Shown here one piece after another: positions 37,161 through 51,440 of a DNA stretch of 64,000 nucleotides (position 1 is its first letter; every line of letters starts with the position of its first letter). The translations under genes and the position numbers were made by a program. Source of the DNA: Octopus sinensis. Taxonomy: Eukaryota. The DNA is taken from the NCBI RefSeq assembly GCF_006345805.1, contig NC_043014.1, positions 3,162,001-3,226,000 of the forward strand, given 5' to 3'. The notes under the pieces were generated by a model, which saw only the letters and a list, made by a program, of their open reading frames with translations, was not told where the DNA came from and made no database searches.

Positions 37161-38235
37161 AAAAAGAAAGAAAATTCTTTGATTGGCTCCTCTTGTCCAC
37201 TGATGATGTATTTTCTTTGTCATTCTTCTCCAATCACGGAACTTCAGAGAAACCTCTCGACTATTATGCAGATTTGTTGTTGTTGTTGTTTAGATCCGGA
37301 ACAGTTATACTCATGTAGGACTGTCATCATCATCATCATCATCATCTCCATCATCATCATCATCCCCATCATCATCATCATCATCCTCCTCCTCATCATC
37401 ATCCTCTTCATCATCTTCATCCTCATCATCAACATCATCACCACCATCACCACCACCATCATCATCATCATCATTATCATTGTCGTCGCTGCCGCTGCCA
37501 CCATCATCTTCATCTTCAATGTTATCATCATCATCCTCATCATCAGCTTCATCCTCATCATCAGCATCATCACCACCACCACCACCACCACCATCATCAT
37601 CATCTTCAACATCATCATCATCATCATCATCACCACCATCACCACCGCCACCATTGTCGCCACCATTGTCGTTATCATCAACATCATCATCATTGTCATC
37701 ATCATCTTCATTGTTATTGTCATCGTCATTGCCATCATTGTCGTCATCGTCTTCATCATACTCATAATTATCATTATCATCTCATTGTCATCACTGCCTC
37801 CACCACTACCACCACCACCACTCCTAACATCATCATCATCATCAACAGCAGCAGAAGCAGCAACATCATCATCATCACTTTCATTATCATAGTCATCATC
37901 TTGTTGGGCAATTTTCTACTGCCAGAATGTCCTTCCTTCCTTCATTCCTTCCTTATTTTATTCGTTCGTTCCTTCCTTCCTTCCTACCACCAACCTTCAC
38001 CATTTCCCAAGCTCAAGATAATGATTCCCCTTCCCCACCACCTGCACCACAGCGTGGCCCCTTGGGCAAGTGTCTTCTACTATAGCCTCAGACTGAACAA
38101 AGTCTTGTGAGTGGATTTGGTAGACGGAAACTGAAAGAAGCCCATCGTGTATCTCTCACTCTCTGTGACCGTGTGTGTACTGTTGGCGATTTTTTTTCCT
38201 CCGTCTTCCGTTCTTTGGATCTTTCCTTTTCTTAT

Positions 38236-38270
38236 GCTTCTGACGAAGAGCTCCGCTCAAAACGTTAAAC
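38236..38270 (+). ncRNA. Neptune-type hammerhead motif, disabled (G12A)
   Basis: GCTT-CTGACGA-A-GAGC TCC GCTC-AAAA-CG-TT-AAAC; host element 38165-38375 matches 63392-63595. Confidence 0.5.
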
Positions 38271-38367
38271 ACTCCTTCTTTCCTTCTTTCCTGAGCATCC
38301 AATAACACTATACTTGTTCCATGTCCTCACGTTGTTGCATTTTCTCTTTGTGTTATCATGTTTGGAT

Positions 38368-38407
<40 letters not shown>

Positions 38408-38409
38408 CA

Positions 38410-38463
<54 letters not shown>

Positions 38464-38500
38464 ATATTCATATATATATATATATATATATATATGTTTG

Positions 38501-38546
<46 letters not shown>

Positions 38547-39319
38547 TGAGTGTGTGTGTCTTTGTGTTTATGTTTGTTCTTCCACCATCACTTGACAGTC
38601 AATGTTGGTATGTTTATGACTCAGTAACTTAGCAGTTCAGCAAAAAAGACCAATAGAATAAGTACTAGGCTTACAAAAAAATAAGTTCTGAGGTCGATTT
38701 CTTTAAGGCGGTGCTCCAGCATGGCCACAGTCAAAATGACTGAAACAGGGAGAAGAATAAACAAATACAGCAAACGGCTAGAGAGATCCATCATCATCAT
38801 CATCATGGTTTAACATTCACTTTCCATGCTGGGAAAGATTGGACGGTTTGACTGGGGACTGGCAGGCCAGTAGCCTGCACCAGGCCCCAATCTGATTTAG
38901 GAAGGTTTCTACAGCTGGATGCCCTTCCTAACACCAACCACTCTGAGAGTGTAGTGGGTGCTTTTTACATGCTAGCTACAAGGGAATCAGTCAGGTGACA
39001 CTGGGATTGATGATGCTCAAATGGTGCTTTTTACATGCCAGTGGCACAGGAGCCAGTCAGGTGGCACTGGCATTGATGATGCTCAAATGGTGCTTTTTAC
39101 ATGCCAGTGGCACAGGAGCCAGTCAGGTGGCACAGGCATCAGTCACAACTACGACTTCACTTGACTCAGCAGGTCTTCTCAAGCACAGCATATTGCCCAA
39201 TGACTGAAGGGTAAAATGGGAATCAAAAGGGGTCCTTAGGGAAAAACAGACAAGAACCAATACTTAAGGGTTTATTGTAATAATGGATGGGTAGTTAAGG
39301 GGTCATACTTCCATACTAA

Positions 39320-39714
39320 TCTCTCTATATATAAAGCTGAAGTTGTCTTCAGTGTATGGCAGGCTTGGTCGCCTTCAACTAACACTGTCTCCTCCGAGAC
39401 CCTGTGGCGCAAGTTGACCAAAATTGAGAGTATGATAGAAGAAGGCTTGCTCTTCCTTCCGTAGAAGAAAAAATTCAAATCGGACCCTGTTAACACCAAA
39501 AATCATTTACATCAAAAAGGTGCTTTTTTTCTATGAAAATCCCTATTTTTTACGATTTTTTGACTGCTGTGTTGCCATTTTTCGGTGTATTTCAACCATA
39601 AAAATGTTCACTTAAAGAGAATAACAAGCTACATAATGAAAAATTTTTACTTTTCAAAAATTCCAATTCTAAAGGGTCGAAACAAACCCGAGCAACGCTG
39701 GGTGATACTGCTAG
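39320..39714 (+). mobile_element. Non-autonomous Helitron
   Basis: 5' A|TCTCTCTATATATAAA; 3' GC-rich hairpin CCCGAGCAACGCTGGG followed by CTAG; second copy at 47647-48019. Confidence 0.8.
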
Positions 39715-40143
39715 CTACAGCTAAATTTATAATTAGCTTCTCATATGAGCTTAAACGTTATCTCTTTATTGTTTGTGCTGTTATTGTTGATATTTATTCA
39801 ATTACAAAGTGTACGCGTGTCTGGATTATGAACGATTGGGACTGGATTATCTAGGGTTATACGATAACCCCACCCCACCCCACCGATGACACATGTGTGA
39901 CAAACAATTGGATGATGTTGAAAGAAATAAAAATGATAATTAAATGAATAAATAATTGCTGATGTTAGATTGGGAAAACAATGTAACACTTATAATTGTT
40001 GTTGTAGTTGTTGTTAAAAAGAATAAGAATAACAACAATGAAATAATAAAGTATGTGTCTTTATATATATATATATGTGGTTCGTTAGTTACTGCACGCA
40101 TTTTTTTTCTCTCCTTCTTCCTGTGTTTTTTTCTCTCTGTGTA

Positions 40144-40181
40144 TCTTTCTGTTGAAGAGCGTAGGCTCGAAACGTTAAAGA
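40144..40181 (+). ncRNA. Neptune-type minimal hammerhead motif, A6U variant
   Basis: TCTTT-CTGTTGA-A-GAGC GTAG GCTC-GAAA-CG-TT-AAAGA. Confidence 0.55.
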
Positions 40182-40289
40182 CTTGTTTTATTTATATTTC
40201 CTGAGCGCCATACTAATACAATTGTTTGTTTGTTTTCCACCTGCCTTCGTCTTTTGTCTATTTTCATAAAGCTTCCCGTTATATATACA

Positions 40290-40322
<33 letters not shown>

Positions 40323-40519
40323 TATATATATGTATATATATATATTTCTTTACTACCCACAAGGGGCTAAACATAGAGGGGACAAACAAGGACAGACAAA
40401 GGGGTTAAGTCGATTACATCGACCCCAGTGCGTAACTGGTACTTAATTTATCGACATACACACATGCACATACACACATGCACACACACACATGTACATA
40501 TACACGTGTATATACCCTT

Positions 40520-40730
40520 TTATTCCTTTATTTGTTTCAGTCATTTGACTGTGGTCATGCTGGAGCACCACATTTAGTCAGACAAATCGACCCCCGGACT
40601 CATTCTTTGTAAGCCTAGTACTTATTCTATCGGTCTCTTTTGCCGCACTGCTAAGTTTCAGGGACATAAACATACCAGCATCGGTTGTCAAACAATGGTG
40701 GGGGGACAAACACAGACAAACAAACATACA

Positions 40731-40777
<47 letters not shown>

Positions 40778-40935
40778 CAAAAGGCTTCTTTCAGTTTCCA
40801 TCTACCAAATCCAAGGCTTTGGTTGGCCTGAGGCTATAGTAGAAGACACTTGCCCAAAGTGCCATGCAGTGGGACTGAACCTGGAACCATGTGGTTGGTA
40901 AGCAAGCTATATACCACACAGCCACTCCTGTGCCT
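40520..40935 (-). mobile_element. SINE family A, diverged copy
   Basis: Reverse-complement family match. Confidence 0.8.
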
Positions 40936-41442
40936 GTATATATATCTACATATACGACAACGAGGGTTCCAGTTGATTCAATCAATGGAACAGCCTGCTC
41001 ATGAAATTAGCATGCAAGTGGCTGAGTACTCCACAGACTTGTGTAGCCTTAATGTAATTCTCGGGGGAGATTCAGTGTGATAGAGAGTGTAACTAGGCTG
41101 GCCCTTTAAAATACAAGTTCAACAGAAAGAAAGAGTGAGAGAAAGTTGTGGTGAAAGAGTGCAGCAGGGATCACCACTCCAACTCCTCCTTCTGAGCCTT
41201 GTGAATCTTTTAGGTGTTTTTGCTCAATAAACCCTCACAACGCCCAGTCTGGGAATCGAAACTGCAATCCTATGACCATGAGTCCGGTGCCATAACCACT
41301 GGGCCATTGTGCCTCCACATACACACACACACACACATACAAACACACACACAAACATGCACACATACATATACATATATGTGTGTATGTGTGTGTATAT
41401 ATATGTATATGTATTTGCACATATCTAATATATACATATATA

Positions 41443-41938
41443 ATTGATAATGCAAAGATCCTGTGGGATTTTATGTTTCAGTATGACCATGAGATAGAAA
41501 ATAGGAAACCAGACATAGTGTTAATTGAGAAAGAAAACAAACTATGCTGGATCACAGATATAGCATGACCAGCTGACAACAAGGCATGCGATAAGGAAGA
41601 AAGAAAAGTCGAGAGATATGACAGGTTAGCTTGGGAGGTTAAGCAGTTGTGGTCATTGAAAAAGGTGGTAGTAGTACCAATAATTGTCGGAGCCCTGGGA
41701 ACAGTGAGTAAAATTCCCGAGAAGTATGTGGATAGGGGCTGCAATAAGGATGGAGCACTTGCAGAAAACAGCACTGCTTGGAACTGCTCGAATACTCTGG
41801 AAGGTGCTCGAAAAATAAGGGGTGTTACCTTTGTTCACTGGTAGTGAACAGCTGACACTGTAGTACATCTCCAGCGTTAGAAGCTGTGCAAAGGCAATAA
41901 TAATAATGATGATGATAATAATAATAATAATAATAATA

Positions 41939-41981
<43 letters not shown>
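41443..41981 (+). mobile_element. R4/Dong-like RLE LINE 3' fragment with (AAT)n tail
   Basis: KILWDF..HEIENRKPDIVLIEK..WITDIA*P..KVERYDRL..VVPIIVGALG..LQKTALLGTARIL, a PD-(D/E)xK restriction-like endonuclease. Confidence 0.8.
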
Positions 41982-41985
<4 letters not shown>

Positions 41986-42538
41986 GCCCTGATGCAGTAC
42001 CAGGCAGTGGCTCTCATGGCTTCTGATCTTAACTGATTGGAAGTGTTATCATGTACATTGTTTTGTCTTGGTATAAAAGATGGGCTACAGCAAATATTCT
42101 GCTCAATACCACAGATTTGCTTGTCAGTTGTTTGACCTTAACCAGTTGAGCATGTCCCTTAGTGGCTGACGATATGTGCATCTCTGATCACGAGCAGTAG
42201 TGGGGGAGCATCATAGCCATGTGTTGAGAGGGATTCTTTGGGGGTTGAATAGTTCACCTCTGGAAACATGGGTGGTTCTTTCAACATCCTTAACAACCCT
42301 TATTCAGGGACAGTTTTGAGCGGGATGGGCTACTCAACTGAAGAAAATTCTAACTGGGCCCCACCTGCAAGGTCATGTGCTGTTTATCTTGATATGAGAT
42401 CACCATGTCGCGCACATATGGTTGTGATGCATGTGCCTGGTGTACCTTTATCAGACGGGTAGTCATGATGGGTATATTGGGCTTGTATATTTTACCCCAG
42501 TGTCACTTTGATGGCATGAACTGCTCTCTCTCTCACTC

Positions 42539-42539
<1 letters not shown>
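41982..42539. mobile_element. ~557 bp non-coding element inserted in (AAT)n
   Basis: Second copy with the same termini at 44871-45429, also in (AAT)n. Confidence 0.75.
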
Positions 42540-42585
<46 letters not shown>

Positions 42586-42970
42586 GACTTTGAAATAAAA
42601 ATCAGCAAAATGTGGAACCTGAAGACTAAAACAATACCTGTTGTCATAGGTGCCCTGGGAATGATAGCAAAAGGGGCTGATTGCTACCTAGCTCAGATAC
42701 CAGGAAACCCAAAAATGGCAGAAATTCAAAAGACAGTGCTCGTGGGAACTGTTCATATCCCATGCAAAATACTTTCTATGTAATCTCAAGGTTTAAAACA
42801 AACATAATTTTCATGTTTTTTAAGACATTCACTAGTACAACACTAAATACAAAACCAAATATATGGCACCCTAGGCATAACACCAACATGAACTTCCAAC
42901 TTGTCTCTTGAGGTCTCTGGGTGAGACTTGGAGCCAACTTGTACAAATACAAAGCAAAAGTCAAACATAG
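42586..42970 (+). mobile_element. Third R4/Dong-like RLE LINE 3' fragment
   Basis: EIKISKMWNLKTKTIPVVIGALGMI..EIQKTVLVGTVHI..*; flanked by (AAT)n. Confidence 0.75.
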
Positions 42971-43153
42971 AATAATAATAATAATAATAATGATAATAAT
43001 TTAAATGACGTTAAATTTTGCCACAAGGGCAGCCATTTAGGGGAGCGGCTGAGTCGATTACATCAACCTCAGAATTTCACTGGTACTTAATTTATTGACC
43101 TAAAAGGTTGAAGGCTAAAATAATAATAATAATAATAATAATAATATTATAAT

Positions 43154-43570
43154 AGGAGTGGCTGTGTGGTAAGTAGCTTGCCTACCAACCACATGGTTCT
43201 GGGTTCAGTCCCACTGCGTGGCATCTTCGGCAAGTGTCTTCTGCTATAGCCCCGGGCCGACCAATGCCTTGTGAGTGGATTTGGTAGATGGAAACTGAAA
43301 GGAGCCTGTCGTATATATGTATATATATATGTATGTGTGCATATGTTTGTGTGTCTGTGTTTGTGCCCCTAGCATTGCTTGACAACTGATGCTGGTGTGT
43401 TTACGTCCCCGTCACTTAGCGGATCGGCAAAAGAGACCGATAGAATAAGTACTAGGCTTACAAAGAATAAGTCCCGGGGTCGATTTGCTCGACTAAAGGC
43501 GGTGCTCCATCATGGCCGCAGTCAAATGACTGAAACAAGTAAAAGAGTAAAAGAGTAAAGAGTAAGAGTA
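43154..43570 (+). mobile_element. SINE family A
   Basis: Family match. Confidence 0.9.
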
Positions 43571-43820
43571 ATAATGATAATAATAATAATAAAACTACTG
43601 AATAATAATAATCATACATTAGACAGGAGAAGTATGAGAGAATAGGAGATGATATGTGAGTGTGTAGGCCGCAAGAGTGTGAATGGAGAGAAAGACATGG
43701 TATGTGTGGAGTGTGGAGGAGGGGTTACTGTGTGGCATTATGGGTAACTCAACAGGAAGTGGTCCAAAGGAAAGGGAGAAGAAGAGATAATTTGGTAGCA
43801 TTTATATTATAAATATATAA

Positions 43821-43856
<36 letters not shown>

Positions 43857-44026
43857 AACATCATAAACATTTTAAATATATGTTTATATAATATATATTC
43901 ACTTGTTGATTCTTTTGTATTACAGCTATTATTTTACCATGTTGGGATGGGTTATGCGTGTATGTGTATATAAGTGCATTTGTTTGCGTATGTAAGTGTC
44001 AGTGTGTTTATATATACATACATACA

Positions 44027-44065
<39 letters not shown>

Positions 44066-44870
44066 TATATCTATATGTTTATATATATATGTATGTATAT
44101 ATATATGTAATATATATATAATATACATGTGTGGTATATATATATATATATTTGTGTTATATGTTTGTATGTATATATATATATATATATATATTTGTGT
44201 GTATATGTTTGTATGTATATATATATATATATATAAAATACTTTTATTATTTTTAATTGGCGGAAATTACGAAAGTGACTGAGAGGATGAGAGTTTTATG
44301 CATTACCCTATATATATATATGTATATATATATATACACACACACACATATATAATATATATATAGTACATATATATATATATCTATATATATATACACG
44401 TGTTTTCATAAACGCATGTATGCATGCACTTTCATAGTTGTGTATATGCGTTACGAAACACACAAGACACAAGCACTACCCACCTCCATTACAACAACGA
44501 CCGACAAATGTAATTGTATATTTATATGTTTCGGGAAGAGAGCCAGTATCTAAGATTGATTGTAGCAATTCAATATGTCAAAGGGGGGTCGGTGTGGATG
44601 GGCGGGAAACAAAGCATTAACACGCAACAAGAAGAACATAACAACAATAATAATAACAATAATGATAATAATAATGATGATGATAATAATAATAATTAAT
44701 AATATAATAATAATAATAATAAAATAATGATGATGATAATAATAATAATAATAATAATAAAATAATGATAATAATGATAATCATATAATTATAATAATAA
44801 TAGTAATAATAATAATAATAATAATAGTAGTAATAAAATAGTAATAATAATAATAATAATAAATAATAAT

Positions 44871-45429
44871 AAATGCCCTGATGCAGTACCAGGCAGTGGC
44901 TCTCATGGCTTCTGATCTTAACTGATTGGAAGTGTTATCATGTACATTGTTTTGTCTTGGTATAAAGATGATGGCTACAGCAAATATTCTGCTCAATACC
45001 ACAGATTTGCTTGTCAGTTGTTTGACCTTAACCAGTTGAGCATGTCCCTTAGTGGCTGACGATATGTGCATCTTTGATCACGAGCAGAAGTAGTGGGGGA
45101 GCATCATAGCCATGTGTTGAGAGGGATTCTTTGGGGTTTGAATAATTCACCTCTGGAAACATGGGTGTTTCGTTCATCATCCTTAAACAACCCTTATTCA
45201 GGGACATTTGAGTAGGATGGGTTACTCGACCTGAAGAAAATTCTAGCTGGGCCCCACCTGCAAGGTCATGTGCTGTTTATCTTGATATGAGATCACCATG
45301 TCGCGCACATATGGTTGTGATGCATGTGCCTGGTGTACCCTTATCAGACGGGTAGTCATGATGGGTATATTGGGCTTCGTATATTTTACCCCCAGTGTCA
45401 CTTTGATGGCATGCTCTGCTCGCTCACTC
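44871..45429. mobile_element. ~557 bp (AAT)n-embedded element, copy 2
   Basis: Collinear with 41982-42539. Confidence 0.75.
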
Positions 45430-45522
45430 ATCATAATCATAATAATAATAATAATAATAATCAGAATAATGATAATAATAATAAAATAATAATAATAATA
45501 AATAATAATAATAATAATAATG

Positions 45523-45568
<46 letters not shown>

Positions 45569-45753
45569 TAATAATAATAATAATAATAATAATAAGTAAT
45601 AATAATAAGAATAATAATGATAATAATAATACTAATGATGATAATAATAATAATAATAATATAAATGTAAGAATAATAATAATAGCAATAAAACAATAAT
45701 AATAATATAATAATAATAGTAAGAATAATAATAATAGCAATAACAATATAATA

Positions 45754-45796
<43 letters not shown>

Positions 45797-45892
45797 TGAT
45801 AATAATAATATATAATAATATAATAATAATAATAATAATAAGAATAATAATAGTAAGAATATAATAATAGCAAGAACAATAATAATAATAAT

Positions 45893-45927
<35 letters not shown>

Positions 45928-45954
45928 AGTAAGAATAATAATAATAGCAATAAC

Positions 45955-45990
<36 letters not shown>

Positions 45991-46051
45991 TAATAATAAT
46001 GATAATAATAATAATATAATAAAATAATAATAATAATAATTAATGATAATA

Positions 46052-46086
<35 letters not shown>

Positions 46087-46106
46087 TAATAATAATACTA
46101 ATGATG

Positions 46107-46144
<38 letters not shown>

Positions 46145-46290
46145 GTAAGAATAATAATAATAGCAATAACAATAATAATAATAATAATAATATATAGTAG
46201 AATAATAATAATAGCAATACCCATAATAATAATAATAATAATAATAGTAAGAATAATAATATAGCAATAACAATAATAATACTATAATAA

Positions 46291-46340
<50 letters not shown>

Positions 46341-46397
46341 TGATGATGATAATAATATAATAATAATAATAATAATATAATGATAATAATAATAATC

Positions 46398-46437
<40 letters not shown>

Positions 46438-46454
46438 TAATAATAATAATAATC

Positions 46455-46499
<45 letters not shown>

Positions 46500-46510
46500 G
46501 TAATAATAAT
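45430..46510. repeat. Long (AAT)n array
   Basis: Direct inspection. Confidence 0.95.
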
Positions 46511-46778
46511 GAGGATGATGATGAACATCCTCATCACAAGAGTAAAAAACAAAAATAACCATGGTAATAAACATTATGAAGCTTCTCATTGCTGTTAATG
46601 ATAATGTTTGGTAAATTCAATGAAACGTGGATGTTGTGGGGTTTTTTGTACTACTTTTAACAACCAGAAACATCTACCCTCATATATATATATTGTGGTG
46701 TTTATATATATAATATTATATATATACACACCACACACACATTCTATATATATATAGCATATATATATATATCTATAA

Positions 46779-46836
<58 letters not shown>

Positions 46837-46885
46837 AGTATAGTATATTTATATATGTACACACACACACACATATATGTATATA

Positions 46886-46928
<43 letters not shown>

Positions 46929-47063
46929 ATAATTTCTATAAAAATATATATATATATATATTATATATATACTATCCATATATTTACGATATACATTATA
47001 TATATATATATATATATATTATTCTATATATACAATATATATGCATATATGCATATATATATT

Positions 47064-47101
<38 letters not shown>

Positions 47102-47469
47102 CATGCATTACAATTTACATATTCTATATATATATTTACATATATTTATATGTGCACATACACACATATATATGCTTGTACATATGTAGTTGTTTTTAGC
47201 ATAGACGTAAGAATATGAATAAATATCACAGAAGTATAACACGATTAAGAGGCAAAGAGGAGATAAACAAGTAAATTATATTAGGGGAACCTGAGAGTAA
47301 TGCTGCATTTCATGTGATGAGTTCAAATCAGCATCAAACATCAGCATCAAAAGAGATACCTATCCTCTTGCAATGGAATCAGCATTTTTGGTAATAATGC
47401 TTTCCTACTTTGAAATAATTTTTTTCATTCTTCACGTCCCCAAAAAATGAAAAACAAAACACAGAAAAA

Positions 47470-48080
47470 CAGGGTCTTTAGAAGAGAATATGTTTGGAGA
47501 GCTGTTTCAACATCGTTCCTGCCTCTGAATGTTTTTCCGCTGATGGAGCGTTCAAGTGAACTGAATAAGTGAACATCTGACGAAGCTATGTTTGATGAGG
47601 ATGGAGGACGAAGCAGATCTTCCCAGTCTAATGAATTTATTATTTACTAGAAGTATCACCCGGCGTTGCCCTTTAGAATTGGAATTTTTGAAAAGTAAAA
47701 CTTTTGCATTATGTAGCTTGTTATTCTCTTTAAGTGAACATTTTTCTGGTTTAAATACACCGAAAAATGGCAACACAGCAGTAAAAAAATCGTAAAAAAT
47801 AGGGATTTTCATAGAAAAAAAGCACCTTTTTGATGTAAATAATTTATGGTGTTAACATGGTCCGATTTGAATTTTTTCTTGTACGGAAGGAAGAGCAAGC
47901 CTTCTATCATACTCTCAATTTTGGTCAACTTGCGCCGCAGGGTCTCAGAGGCAATAGTGTTAGTTGAAGGCTACCAAACCTGCCATATACAGACAACTTC
48001 AGCTTTATATAGAGAGAGATTGGGTTTCTTTCTTCTCTGAATGTGGCCTTGCATTATCATGTTGCAAGATGGATTCCCTT
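47470..48080 (-). pseudogene. Mariner transposase C-terminal remnant, split by a Helitron
   Basis: ILQHDNARPH (about 48035-48075), then LDWEDLLRPPSSSNIASSDVHLFSSL (compare LGWEVLPHPPYSPDLAPSDYHLF) on the other side of the Helitron. Confidence 0.75.
47647..48019 (-). mobile_element. Non-autonomous Helitron, copy 2
   Basis: A|TC...CTAG|T boundaries, no TSD. Confidence 0.8.
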
Positions 48081-48461
48081 TTTGTTGTGTGTGTGTGTGT
48101 GTGTGTGTGTGTGCATGTGTGTGTGTGTGCATGTGTGTGTGTGTGCATGTGTGTGTGTGTGTTTGTGTGTGCATGTGTGTGTGTGTGTGTGTACATATAT
48201 CTCTGTATTTGTGCTTTCCCCCACCAGCGCTTGGCGGCCAGTGTTGGTGTGTTTATGTCCCTGTAACTTAGCAACCTGGCAAAAGACAACTAATAAAATA
48301 AATACCCGGCTTAAAAAAAAGGAGGGGTAATGGGGTCAAACTGCACAACTAAAATTCTTCAAGTAAGTGCCCCAGCATGGCCAAAGTCTAATAACTGAAA
48401 CAAGTAACAGATAAAAAGCAAAAGACATGTAATTCTATCCCTAAAAATTATTAATTATTAT

Positions 48462-48835
48462 AGGTGCAGGAGTGGCTGTGGTGGTAAGTAGCTTGCTAAC
48501 CAACCACATGGTTCCGGGTTCAGTCCTACTGCGTGGCATCTTGGGCAAGTGTCTTCTGCTATAGCCCCGGGCCGACCAATGCCTTGTGAGTGGATTTGGT
48601 AGACGGAAACTGAAAGAAACCTGTCGTATATATGTATATATGCGTGTGTGTGTCTGTGTTTGTCCCCCTAGCATTGTTTGACAACCGATGCGGGTGTGTT
48701 TACGTCCCCGTCACTTAGCGGTTCGGCAAAGGAGACCGATAGAATAAGTCCCGGGGTCGATTTGCTCGACTAAAAAGCGATGCTCCAGCATGGCCACAGT
48801 CAAATGACTAAAACAAGTAAAAGAGTAAAAGAGTA
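48462..48835 (+). mobile_element. SINE family A
   Basis: Family match. Confidence 0.9.
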
Positions 48836-49321
48836 ACCACCAAGAATGGAACTCAAAAGGAATTTAAATTTTGGTTTAATCCCCTTCTGGCAAATTCTGC
48901 TGCCAAACTCATTCCAAACATGACACACCTTCTTGAAACCATTTCCGTGAAGCTAAGCAAAGAGTGCTGGCATCAGTGCAGCCCATGATCTTAATGTTTC
49001 TAGTTTGGCCATGTATTCTGGGAGCGGTTCCTTAAATGCCACTGTGAAATGCAGCAATGATGGCCGGGGGTGGGGGTGGGGTGATTGTAGTTGCTCCTCC
49101 CTTGTTTGGCTGCAGTCCAGGTCCTGATTGACGAGTGACACAAAACACCATTGTCCCTTGAGATTGTGGATGCCAAAGAAAGAAAATATCTGTGTGTGTG
49201 TGTGTGTGTACATACATGCATTCATACATGTATATGTGTGTGTGTGAATATATATCTGTATGGATCTATCTTTAATATATGTATGTATGTCTGTCTGTAC
49301 ATATGTATGTATGTATGTATG

Positions 49322-49322
49322 T

Positions 49323-49359
<37 letters not shown>

Positions 49360-49455
49360 GAGATAGATAGAGAGATAGATAGATAGATAGATGATGGATA
49401 GATAGATAGATAGACAGATATAGATTGATAGATAGATAGATAAATAGAGAGATAA

Positions 49456-49506
<51 letters not shown>

Positions 49507-49703
49507 TAGATAGATAATAGATAGATAGATAGATAGATAAACAGATAGATAGATAAATAGATAGATCGATAGATAGATAGATAGATCGATAGATAGATAG
49601 ATAGATATGTACTATACATACACTTTAGATGAGTTGTAGTGCACCTGAGCACTGTACACAATGTTTTATTATTATTATTATTATTATAGATAGATAGATA
49701 GAT

Positions 49704-49776
<73 letters not shown>

Positions 49777-49778
49777 CA
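49322..49778. repeat. (GATA)n microsatellite field
   Basis: Direct inspection; a similar field lies at 14406-14692. Confidence 0.95.
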
Positions 49779-50186
49779 GTCAGACACACAGACAGACAGT
49801 CAGCAACAGTCTCTGGCAATGTTCAACCTTTTAGCTCATTTCTCTTTCTCAGACAATTCTTTTAACCACTGAAGACAACATGAACTGAAGCCAGCTAACA
49901 ATAAATCTTCACCACATGAAAGAAAATATGTCTGCCAGTCATGCAACAAATGGTGTCGTTCTATTGGTCGACTGAAATGTCACATGACTGTGCACTGTGC
50001 TCCGTGTCATGAACCTCTGCTGGAACAAAGTGAGAAATGATATTTATGCAATGGCTGGAATGAAAGCAGATCTTCATTATCTGGAGCAAATAGTCATCTT
50101 TGTTATGTTGCTTGTTAAGAAAATAATGGTCGTACTAATTATTGCGTTGATTTCTACCGTTATTATCTACATGCACACACACGCAT

Positions 50187-50230
<44 letters not shown>

Positions 50231-50338
50231 CACACATGTATATATACATATGATATATATTTATGCATTATGTATAACTATGTATGAGTATATGTGTATG
50301 CTTCTGTAGCTGTATTTAGTTGTCAGTCTATCTATCTA

Positions 50339-50379
<41 letters not shown>

Positions 50380-50427
50380 TGGAGATAAAGATTGCTTTTG
50401 GTAATAATACTGCTTCTGTTTCTACCA

Positions 50428-50716
50428 ATCATCATCATCATCATCATCGTCGTTTAACGTCCGTTCTCCATGCTAGCATGGGTTGGACGGTTCGACCGGG
50501 GATCTGGGAAGCCAGAAGGCTGCACCAGCCTCCAGTCTGATCTGGCAGAGTTTCTACAGCTGGATGCCCTTCCTAACGCCAACCACTCCGTGAGTGTAGT
50601 GGGTGCTTTTTACGTGCCACCTGCACAGGTGCCAGGCGAGGCTGGCAACGGCCACGGTCGGATTGGTGTATTTTATGTGCCACCGGCACGGAAGCCAGAC
50701 GAGGCGGTGCTGGCAT
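50428..50716 (-). mobile_element. RTE-related 3' tail element
   Basis: Reverse complement of the conserved tail plus 60-bp units. Confidence 0.85.
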
Positions 50717-50781
50717 CATATACATAAATATCATATACATAAATATACATAAATCATATACATAAATATATATATAATATA

Positions 50782-51440
50782 CAGGAGTGGCTGTGTGGTA
50801 AGTAGCTGGCTAACCAACCACATGGTTCCGGGTTCAGTCCCACTGCGTGGCACCTTGGGCAAGTGTCTTCTGCTATGGCCCCGGGCTGACCAATGCCTTG
50901 TGAGTGGATTTGGTAGACGGAAACTGAAAGAAGCCTGTCATATATATGTATGTATATATATGTGTGTATGTGTGTGTGTTTGTGTGTGTGTGTTTGTCCC
51001 CCTAGCATTGCTTGACAACCTATTTCTTTATTACCCACAAGGGGCTAAACACAGAGGGGACAAACAAGGACAGACATAGGTATTAAGTCGATTACATCGA
51101 CCCCAATGCGTAACTGGTACTTAATTTATCGACCCCGAAAGGATGAAAGGCAAAGTCGACCTCGGCGGAATTTGAACTCACAACGTAACGCAGACGAAAT
51201 ACCGCTAAGCATTTCGCCCGGCGTGCTAACGATTCTGCCAGCTCGCTGCATTGCTTGACAACCGATGCTGGTGTGTTTATGTCCCCGTCACTTAGCGGTT
51301 CGGCAAAAGAGACCGATAGAATAAGTACTGGGCTTACGAAAAGAATAAGTCCCGGGGTCGAGTTGCTCGACTAAAGGCGGTGCTCCAGCATGGCTGCAGT
51401 CAAATGACTGAAACAAGTAAAAGAGTAAAAGAGTAAAGAG
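50782..51440 (+). mobile_element. SINE family A containing a nested family B SINE
   Basis: Family match on both sides of the insertion. Confidence 0.9.
51021..51247 (-). mobile_element. Nin-domain-like SINE (family B), near full length, with 16-bp TSD
   Basis: TSD GCATTGCTTGACAACC at 51005-51020 and 51248-51263. Confidence 0.9.

Noticed and set aside
49927-49995. C2H2 finger-like YVCQSCNKWCRSIGRLKCHMTVH
   Set aside because: It is a single finger with upstream stops and no linker array; more likely the C-terminus of a decayed RTE LINE than a host ZNF gene
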